Shown here in pieces: positions 1 to 7,714 of a DNA stretch of 32,000 nucleotides. The notes beneath the pieces are model-generated. The model was not told where the DNA came from and did no database searches. It saw nothing but the letters and a program-made list of their open reading frames with translations. The translations under genes were made by a program, and so were the position numbers. Every line of letters starts with the position of its first letter. Within the stretch, counting starts at the first letter, position 1. The stretch lies in sequence record CM063639.1. One strand, 5' to 3'.

Positions 1-224
1 TTTTTATAGGCTAGTACTTGTACCAAATTTTGATAAAATCTAAGTACAGCAAAGTATTATGTACTGACAGGAATTATAATTTAGTTTTTAGTTAAGTTTA
101 TTAGTAAATAATAACTTTATATAAACTATATACTTATAATTTATAGTCAAATACATAGTTTAATGAGACACAAAAATCCCATTTTTATGTATTATTGACA
201 TCTTGTCAATGAAAATGATGCAAC

Positions 225-288
225 TAAATAATTACACATTTAAATAATTACACATTTAAATAATTACACATTTAAATAATTACATACA
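225..288. repeat. Tandem repeat with 16-bp unit 'taaataattacacatt', three copies plus a diverged fourth unit
   Basis: Read directly. Identical units lie at 225-240, 241-256 and 257-272. Unit 273-288 differs in its last 4 nt. Confidence 0.9.
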
Positions 289-774
289 TAGAGAGTGCTT
301 TAAGAGTTAAAAGCTGTATTTTTATTTTATAAAGTATAACAAATTTTTAACAAATATTTTTGTAAACTTTTTAAACCTACATTGCCAAAAGCTGTAATAA
401 ATTGTGACTTATTTTTATTTAAACATTAAAACCTTATTTTTACTTTTTATTTTTATATGTCCTGTAAATAAAGCAAGCTTTGTCTGCCGTTTTGGATAAA
501 TATCAACTTACAATAAGTTGATATTACTTTGCTAGTAAATTAAACAAAATTTTATTTAGCGCTAAAACAAGATTTTCGCAACCCTTGCCAATAATGCAAC
601 TTTGTTGCATTATTGGCAAGGCAAAAGTTTTTTGTTATAAATATTTCGTTTTGTCTTACTACATTTTTTCAATAAAAAAATTTTGCAACAAGTTTGTCTT
701 TGTTAAACAAAACTTTTTTCCCTTACTTTTCTTTACTAATAAAAAAGAAATTTATAACAAAGCAAAAAAGCTTA

Positions 775-1041
775 TCAATAAAAAAACTTTATTTTTTTAT
801 AGACTGCTTTACTTTGTTATAAAAACGTTTTCGAAGAAAATCTGACATACAACTAGCAAAGCAAACCTTTGCTAGCAAAGGCAAAGTTGTATGTTGCCTT
901 GTCAGTAAATAAAGCAAAGCTTTATTTACAGGTTATAAAAACGTTTTCGAAGAAAACCTGACATACAACAAAGTTGTATGTTTGGAAGTTTTTATTAGCA
1001 AAAAAGAAGTTTTTATTAGCAAACGGTACTTATACAAATTT
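775..1041. repeat. Composite SDR block, direct copy of 14397-14664
   Basis: Hand alignment shows about 11 differences over ~267 nt. Positions 898-1004 are identical to 14521-14627 (107 nt). The block contains two SDR-C units and other hairpin modules. Confidence 0.9.
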
Positions 1042-1130
1042 TTTTAAAAACAAAAATTTAAACAACCTAATAAAGCAAGCAAATTGTACTTTATTAGAAA
1101 TGTAATGAACATCATTTTTATAAAAGTATT

Positions 1131-2663
1131 TTATGCGCCTGCGGCTTCTTTTGCAGCATACATAATTTCTACGGTAATTTCATTAATATTTTTTTCACGA
1201 GCAAATTTTTCTGTATTTCTTTTTATTTTTCCACGAACAAAACCAGGAATTTTATTTAATTCAGCTATTCCATCAGGTGCCCAGCTTAAATCAGAATCAG
1301 TAGATAATGATTTTGTAATAACTTGTTTTGTATCATGCCCTCCAAAAATTTCTAATAAATGGTCTTCCATTCCTAACGTGAAGGAGTTATATACTAAATC
1401 AGCTATTTGGTTTGTTCCTTCGTACCCTAAAAAAGGACGATACCCGAGTGGGAAATTTTGAATATGAACTGGAGCGGAAATAACTCCACATGGAATATCT
1501 AAACGTTTTCCAATATGTCTTTCCATTTGAGTTCCAAAAATTGCCGATGGTTCAATTTTAGCAATCATATCACCAACTTGCGTATGATCATCAGTAATCA
1601 ATACTTGATCACAAAAACCTTGTACTTGCTCGCGAAACCAATCCGCATCATGTTTACAGTATGTCCCAGAACAAGAAACCCGTATACCCATTTCTCGTGC
1701 TAAAATTTTTGTCATAGATGCTGCATGAGTAGCATCGCCAAAAACAATAGCTTTTTTTCCAGTTAAATTTTGACAATCAATTGAGCGTGAAAACCAAGCT
1801 GCTTGCGAAACAAATCTTGTTTGCTGATCAATATAATTTTCAAAGTCTACCGTTGAAGTATAATTATTCAATTCAAGAATTTTTTGAATTTCGCGTATAC
1901 AATTAGCTGTATCAACAATACCCATTGGAGTTGTAGTAATATAAGGCATATTAAATTCCGTTTGCAAATAATTTGCCGTAATTAACCCAATCTCACGATA
2001 TGGTACTAAATTAAACCATGCTTTTCCAAGGTTTTGCAAATCTGGAATAGAACCACCTTCAGGAATCACTTGATTTATTTCAATACCTAAATCATTTAAA
2101 AGTCGTTTTAATTCTCTACAATCATGTTGATTATGAAAACCTAAAGTAAACATGCCAATAATATTTGCCGAAGGTTTTTCTGTTTTTGTTAAATCTAGAA
2201 TATTTTGTTTTTCAGCTTTTTTTAAATAAAAACGAACAATTTGTTCAAGGGTACGATCTGCGGCTTGTAATTCATTTACGCGGTAATGATTTACATCAGC
2301 TAAAATAACATCTGAATCTGATTCGTTAGCTGCTCGATTTACAAAATTTTGTAGATCTTCTTGCAAAATGCTTGATGTACAAGTTGGGGTCAAAACAATT
2401 AAGTCGGGTTTTTCCTGCTTATCTTTTCGAGTAATATTTTCTACGACTTTTTCTTGTGAGCCTCGCGCTAGTACATGCCGATCTACAATGCTAGCAGTTA
2501 CTGGAGTAAAGTCTCTTTCACGTTCTAACATTGATCGCATTACATTAAAATAGTCATCTCCTAGAGGTGCATGCATAATTGCATGAACATTTTTAAAGGA
2601 ACTAGCAACTCGAAGTGTACCAATATGTGCTGGTCCCGCATACATCCAATATGCTAATTTCAT
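1131..2663 (-). CDS. chlB: Light-independent protochlorophyllide reductase subunit B
   Basis: The 510-aa ORF starts [58 protein letters not shown], a characteristic ChlB N-terminus. It is full length and uninterrupted. Confidence 0.97.
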   Translation of the reverse strand: MKLAYWMYAGPAHIGTLRVASSFKNVHAIMHAPLGDDYFNVMRSMLERERDFTPVTASIVDRHVLARGSQEKVVENITRKDKQEKPDLIVLTPTCTSSILQEDLQNFVNRAANESDSDVILADVNHYRVNELQAADRTLEQIVRFYLKKAEKQNILDLTKTEKPSANIIGMFTLGFHNQHDCRELKRLLNDLGIEINQVIPEGGSIPDLQNLGKAWFNLVPYREIGLITANYLQTEFNMPYITTTPMGIVDTANCIREIQKILELNNYTSTVDFENYIDQQTRFVSQAAWFSRSIDCQNLTGKKAIVFGDATHAASMTKILAREMGIRVSCSGTYCKHDADWFREQVQGFCDQVLITDDHTQVGDMIAKIEPSAIFGTQMERHIGKRLDIPCGVISAPVHIQNFPLGYRPFLGYEGTNQIADLVYNSFTLGMEDHLLEIFGGHDTKQVITKSLSTDSDLSWAPDGIAELNKIPGFVRGKIKRNTEKFAREKNINEITVEIMYAAKEAAGA

Positions 2664-3099
2664 AACAATTTCCTCAAATTTAGAATTATAATTAGTTTTA
2701 ATTCAATTTTTAAACTAAAAATTTATTACTTGTATAATATATTAAGTATATATTTATACTTTCGAAATATATTTTATGTTTATATATTATAAATAAATAC
2801 ATTTAGTATACTATTTTTATAGTATTAATTTTTTTATTTATTAGTATTTAATATAAATTAAATCTAATTTTCTAAGTATTTTTTCTTTTACTAATATTTA
2901 AATATTGTTTAAATATTAGCAAAAAAACAAGAGATAAAATCTGCCAGACAACAAAGTTGGATGCAAATAATAAAATTTATACAAATACTAGCAAAGCAAG
3001 CCTGTAGCTAGCTTTGCTAGCAAAGGCAACCGTGTTGCAAAATTTTTTTATAGGATCGCTTTTGTTGGATAAAACTTTGTTTTATTTTACTGCAAACTT

Positions 3100-3146
3100 G
3101 TCAATAAAAAAACAAAGTTTTTTTTATAGGCTAGGACATGTACAAA
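3100..3146. repeat. SDR-A copy ('gtcaataaaaaaacaaagtttttttataggctagta..' family)
   Basis: The hairpin is ataaaaaaac/gtttttttat with a 3-nt loop. Similar copies occur at 1-24 (partial), 7464-7506, 9677-9717, 10943-10972 (rc), 12072-12116 (rc), 12984-13027, 14397-14432, 20964-20998, 24590-24624, 25501-25544 (rc) and 28731-28773 (rc). Confidence 0.85.
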
Positions 3147-3766
3147 TTTTTAATAATTTAATGAAATGTGTAGATTTTTATACTTTTTTTTTGTTAAAAT
3201 AAAAAAACAATTACTTCAATATTTGTATCAGTTTTAAAAAAATTTTTATTTCAATAGATACTATTAATTAGTTTAAAAAAATAATAATTGATTTGAAAAA
3301 TAATATTTGTTATAAATAAATATTTATGAAGTATATTACAATTTTATAGTATATATTATACTATGTATTGTTATTTGGAAATGTTTTTAAAATTTCTAAA
3401 AAAGTAAATAATAAATGATTGACAACAAAAGTCTTGTCAACAACTTGTACAATTATTTTCTACAACTACAAATTGATTGACAACTCATTCATATGTTAAT
3501 TGCTTCACTATTAGTTTTGAATAAATTTGTTTTTATTAATCATAAAAATAAATTTTATTTTTTAATAAAACAATAAAAACAAAAATAATTATTAATATTG
3601 ATTGATGCTAATAAATTTACTAATAACATTATAGATATAAAAAAATTTTGTGTTTTTTACTAAAATAAAATTGTAATCAAGCAATTAATAAGTAGTTTAC
3701 TTACTACTTATTTTGCTAGTAGCTAGTTTCGTAATACAAATCTTAATTTAATGTTTAAAAAACCTG

Positions 3767-3820
3767 CCTTTGTTGGATAAAACGAAGTTTTATCTTACTG
3801 CAGGCTTGCTTTGCTAGTAA
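3767..3820. repeat. SDR-B copy ('cctttgttggataaaacgaagttttatcttactgcaggcttgctttgctagt')
   Basis: Positions 3767-3818 are the exact reverse complement of 30655-30706. They differ from 30057-30108 by 1 nt. The central hairpin is gataaaac/gttttatc. Confidence 0.9.
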
Positions 3821-4033
3821 ATTTATTTTTTACGAGTTTTTTATTCCTAATTTTTATAATTAAATTAAATAAACAAAATTGAAGATTTTTTATTACTTAA
3901 CTAATTCAAAATATCTTGTTACTTAACTAATAAAATAAACTTTACTTTTAAATAAAAAGCAAAACTTGTTTTAGCTTTGCCTATTTTATAATTTAACTCG
4001 GTTGAATTATTATTAAGGTAAAATATTAAAAAA

Positions 4034-4054
4034 TTTGTACAAGTACAAACTTGT
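4034..4054. repeat. SDR-F palindrome 'tttgtacaagtacaaacttgt'
   Basis: The 20-mer 'ttgtacaagtacaaacttgt' recurs exactly at 22241-22260. Related 'tttgtacNNNtacaaa' palindromes lie near 12072, 13672, 26147, 26872, 27028 and 31250. Confidence 0.8.
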
Positions 4055-4073
4055 TGGGAGATCTTTATTCGTT

Positions 4074-4205
4074 ATGACTTTTTTACTTGCAAAATTACCT
4101 GAAGCATATGCACCTTTTGATCCGATTGTAGATGTTTTACCAATTATTCCAGTTCTTTTTATTCTTTTAGCATTTGTTTGGCAAGCATCTGTAAGTTTTA
4201 GATAA
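4074..4205 (+). CDS. psbK: Photosystem II protein K
   Basis: Hand translation gives [43 protein letters not shown], 43 aa. It matches the conserved PsbK pattern ([36 protein letters not shown]). The ORF is too short for the ORF track. Confidence 0.93.
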   Translation: MTFLLAKLPEAYAPFDPIVDVLPIIPVLFILLAFVWQASVSFR

Positions 4206-4333
4206 ATAGTGTTTTTAGAAAAAATTAAAGTAATTAATTAATAAAATAAAACTTTGCTTAACCTTATTTACAATATCTTAATTCATTGAATTGGCAAGAT
4301 TTGTCTTGTCAATGACTAATATTTTAACTTTAT

Positions 4334-4356
4334 CCCTTGCTTTGCAAGGCAAAGGG
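4334..4356. repeat. SDR-D copy 'cccttgctttgcaaggcaaaggg'
   Basis: This imperfect palindrome has other copies at 5828-5850, 6179-6201 (rc), 9142-9164 (inside tilS) and 9649-9670 (rc). Confidence 0.85.
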
Positions 4357-4763
4357 AAATATAAGTCAATAATACACAAAAATAAAATTTTGGTATTTCA
4401 TTGACAAAATAAGTCTCGTCAATAACTTGATTGACAAGTCAATAAGTTATCAATTACTTTGTAGAAGTATAAATTAATTGACAAATCATTTTTGCATATT
4501 AATGAGTTAAATTATTAGCAAAAGTGATTGTAATCAAATTTTTTAGGTTGTTAATTAAATACTTTATTTAAATTATAAAAATTTTCAATTATAAAATTTT
4601 AATTAGAAAATTTAAAATAAATATATTTTGTATATTTTATTTTTAGTTTTCTTCTAGATATAATTTTTTACTAACAACACGCATTTAGAATTACAAAAAA
4701 TAAATGTAAAAATAATTTAAAAAATTTTATTTAGAAACATATTATTTAAAATAGAGGTACAAA

Positions 4764-4865
4764 ATGAACTTTGAAGTTTTTTTTCAATTAGGCGCACTTT
4801 TTCTTATTTTAGCAGCAGGGCCACTTGTTATTATTTTATTAGCAAGCCGTAGTGGAAATCTTTAA
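4764..4865 (+). CDS. ycf12: Photosystem II protein Ycf12 (Psb30)
   Basis: Hand translation gives MNFEVFFQLGALFLILAAGPLVIILLASRSGNL*, 33 aa, the typical Ycf12 length and pattern (MNxEVxxQL...GPLVI.LLA.R.GNL). A GAGG motif lies 8 nt upstream of the ATG. Confidence 0.9.
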   Translation: MNFEVFFQLGALFLILAAGPLVIILLASRSGNL

Positions 4866-5476
4866 AAAATTTTTTAGAGATAAAATTTTTAACAAAACCT
4901 TATATAGTTTTATTCATATTTGATTTTACTCTATTTGAGTTAAGAAAAAAAATAATTTAATCACTTGTCAATTAAGTGATTGAAAAGACTTATACAAATA
5001 CCAACTTGTTGCAAATCTTGGCAATATATAAATGAATATGGTAATTATTTAAAAGAATTCTCATTTATAAAGTCTTATTATATTATATTAAGCTATAAGC
5101 CAACTTTGTTGTATGCTAATTTATCTTGCTTAGGGTTTTTTTTGTTAAATAAAAATATTTAACAATAAAATGAAAATATTAGCAAATAGAAAAACAATTA
5201 AAAAAGTCTTTTTTTAACGTGATAACTAAAATAATGATTATTTTTTAATAATAAATTAAATTTATTTTTTATATAGGAAACTTTAGTAAAAGTTTGTTAA
5301 AAAGCAAAATAAAATACTACAGAAAAATTTCATTTTTGTATATGATTGAAAATATCAATGACTTTTTAAATAAGTTATTTAAAATATTTATTTTGTTAAT
5401 GAATTTAATTTTAAAATCATTATATTTTTATACACGGTTACTTTACTACGAAATTTTATAAAATTAATTTAAATCT

Positions 5477-5572
5477 ATGGCAATTTCTGATAGTCAAATT
5501 TTTACTGCTCTTTTTGCTAGCTTAGTAACTGGAATACTTGCTGTTCGATTAGGACTGGCACTTTATAAATAA
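5477..5572 (+). CDS. psaM: Photosystem I subunit XII
   Basis: Hand translation gives [31 protein letters not shown], 31 aa, matching the PsaM pattern (..SDxQIxxALxxALxTGILAxRLGxxLY). Confidence 0.9.
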   Translation: MAISDSQIFTALFASLVTGILAVRLGLALYK

Positions 5573-5690
5573 TTTTATTTATTTATTAAAAAAACTATTG
5601 TATTGATAATACATTATCTATCATATGTATTTATATAAAAATAAATAGTATTAACTAATTAAGTGCATTAGACTTGGTATTACTATTTAC

Positions 5691-5732
5691 TTGGCTTATT
5701 CAAAATAAAGTATTTTATTTTGAATAAGCCAA
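5691..5732 (+). terminator. Perfect 19-bp stem-loop downstream of psaM, a candidate 3'-end stabilising or processing hairpin
   Basis: 'ttggcttattcaaaataaa' (5691-5709), loop 'gtat', then 'tttattttgaataagccaa' (5714-5732). It lies 119 nt after the psaM stop. Function is inferred only. Confidence 0.35.
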
Positions 5733-5827
5733 TTTCGATATTTTCTTTAAACTAATTTGAAAATTAAAATGATTAATTTTAATTTATAAATAAATTTAAA
5801 GAAAATACATTGTTTTTAAATTATTTT

Positions 5828-5850
5828 CCCTTGCTTTGCAACGCAAAGGG
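5828..5850. repeat. SDR-D copy (variant 'cccttgctttgcaacgcaaaggg')
   Basis: One substitution relative to 4334-4356. Confidence 0.85.
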
Positions 5851-6025
5851 AAAAAAAAATAATTTCATCGAGATGTCAATAATATACAAAAATTTTATTT
5901 TTATGCATCAATATAAATTAATTTTTAATTTAATAAGAATCAATTGACAAAAATATAAATATATATTTATATTTTATTTAGATTAAAAATCAAATAATAA
6001 TTCAAAAATTAACAAATTTTTTCCA

Positions 6026-6097
<72 letters not shown>

Positions 6098-6178
6098 TCA
6101 TATAGAATTCATATGACGAAATTATTATTCTATCACTCAGTTTGGCTTTGTTAAACAAAACTTTGTTTTGTTTTACTT

Positions 6179-6201
6179 CCCTTTGCCTTGCAAAGCAAGG
6201 G
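6179..6201. repeat. SDR-D copy, reverse orientation ('ccctttgccttgcaaagcaaggg')
   Basis: Exact reverse complement of 4334-4356. It is immediately followed by an SDR-B copy at 6203-6245. Confidence 0.85.
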
Positions 6202-6413
6202 AGCAAAGCAAGCCTGCAGTAAGATAAAACTTCGTTTTATCTCACGAAGGCTATTTGCTAATAAAAATTTTGTTTTTCTAACAAAACAAAAAAGTTTGTC
6301 AATAAAAAACAAGCTTTTTTTATAAACTAGTAATTGTCCCAAATTTGGAATTCAATAATATTATTTTAATTTGTGCAAGCTTTTTCAAATTTAATATTTA
6401 TTAGATAAATTTG

Positions 6414-6620
6414 TTAATTTAGTGAAGTAAAAAAACCAATTAGTAAAAAAAATAAAATAGAAAACCAGGTAAATTTCATTAAAAAACGTTTTTCTTCCCC
6501 ATAATTTGCAAGAATTCTTCTTGAATGTAAAGCTCTTAATACAATATTTTCTTTTGGTGTTTGTGGTACTATTAAAACAATAATAAAAATGGCAAAGATT
6601 AATCGAAATAGATTCATCAT
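6414..6620 (-). CDS. Small membrane protein, possibly ycf47 (SecG-like)
   Basis: The 68-aa ORF has two hydrophobic segments (LFRLIFAIFIIVLIV and FTWFSILFFLLIGFF) separated by a polar linker that starts PQTPKEN. Size and layout resemble plastid ycf47/SecG. The assignment is from memory and is not verified. Confidence 0.5.
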   Translation of the reverse strand: MMNLFRLIFAIFIIVLIVPQTPKENIVLRALHSRRILANYGEEKRFLMKFTWFSILFFLLIGFFTSLN

Positions 6621-7000
6621 AAGTAAAAATTTTTAATAAATTAGATTAGTAGTAGCATTGAAATAAAAAAAATGTATTTTTAACAATTAAATTTGTGATT
6701 TAAATAGTTAATTTAAATAATTAATTTAAAATTAAAATAATTTTATTAGAATAAATATATTTTTTTAAATTCGTTCAAGTCTAAATTTGTTGTACGTCAA
6801 TTTTTTTAATATTGAATAAATATAATAATAATTTTTTTTAAACTCTCTATTTTACATATATTATATAATTATGTATAATTATATTATGTACATATATTTT
6901 TCAAATATTCAAAATAGAAATTTTTGATATAAGCTATTTATATCATATTTTTCGAAATATAAAAATTAAAATATTTCATAAAAAATTTTATCAAAAATAT

Positions 7001-7073
<73 letters not shown>

Positions 7074-7374
7074 AACTATATATAAAAATATTTAGAAAAA
7101 ATAATTTTTATTTATTTTTACTTTGTAAATAATTTTATTACAAATTGTGCAAACTAAATTTAAGTTTTATTCATCAAATCAATTTTCAATCAATTTACAT
7201 AACTAGAAATTTTATAAATTTGCGACACGTTTGGCTTTATTGCACTAGCAAAGTAAGCCTGAAGTAAAACAAAACGAAGTTTTGTGGAACAAAAGCAAAA
7301 TTTTGTTTTGTCTTATTTGTAGTAAAGCAAGCCTGTGGTAAAAAAAAACAAAGTTTTATCCAACAAAGGCCCTT

Positions 7375-7410
7375 TGCTAATATTTCAACAAAGTTGAAAT
7401 ATAAGCAAAG
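7375..7410. repeat. SDR-E copy ('ttgctaatatttcaacNNNgttgaaatatWagcaaag')
   Basis: The hairpin is atatttcaac/gttgaaatat with loop aaa. Other copies lie at 10033-10075, 10195-10228, 22288-22330, 26978-27016, 27344-27384, 28968-28990 (partial) and 31081-31118. Confidence 0.85.
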
Positions 7411-7430
7411 CAACGGTTCGGAGAACTTCT

Positions 7431-7453
7431 GAAAACAAGCTTTGCTTGTTTTC
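7431..7453. repeat. SDR-H copy 'gaaaacaagcNNNgcttgttttc'
   Basis: A 10-bp stem with loop ttt. Related copies lie at 22345-22367 (loop aaa) and near 25195, 25823, 28783 and 31216. Confidence 0.8.
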
Positions 7454-7463
7454 TTAGGAGCTT

Positions 7464-7506
7464 GTCAATAAAAAAACAAAGTTTTTTTATAGGCTAGTAC
7501 TTATAC
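7464..7506. repeat. SDR-A copy
   Basis: 'gtcaataaaaaaacaaagtttttttataggctagtacttatac'. The perfect 10-bp stem is 7468-7477 / 7481-7490 with loop aaa. Confidence 0.85.
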
Positions 7507-7714
7507 TAGTTGGTGATTGAATTAAAAAATAAAATAATGTATTTTATATAAATATAGTATTCTATTTTTTAATTCAATTATTGACTTCTATTTCAACTTT
7601 GTTTAAACGTTAGTCAATAATACAAGAAAAATTTTATTTTTGTGTATCATTGACAAGACAAGTTTTGTCAATCACTAACAAAAGCAAACGTTATCACTAA
7701 AATTTTTATTTTAT

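Noticed and set aside
585-845. 86-aa ORF, and its look-alike at 14199-14468 (89 aa) with the same C-terminus ..KTLFFYRLL.FVIKTFSKKI
   Set aside because: Both are read-through of the duplicated SDR block (775-1041 / 14397-14664). They have low-complexity composition and no recognisable family. ORF 14199-14468 also overlaps the 3' end of psbZ in another frame.
1084-2553. Plus-strand ORFs 1084-1461, 1515-1703 and 2368-2553
   Set aside because: They are antisense or alternative-frame ORFs inside the well-supported chlB gene.
2664-4073. A 1.4-kb gene-free stretch between chlB and psbK, scanned on both strands for small genes or tRNAs
   Set aside because: It contains only SDR copies (3000-3146, 3767-3820), AT-rich sequence and small palindromes. 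No tRNA-like cloverleaf or conserved small ORF was found.
3014-5162. Spacer ORFs 3014-3202 and 4980-5162. ORFs 9916-10143, 20773-20958 and 25047-25337 fall in the same class.
   Set aside because: All are short, span SDR copies or AT-rich spacer and have no conserved motifs. They are treated as chance ORFs.
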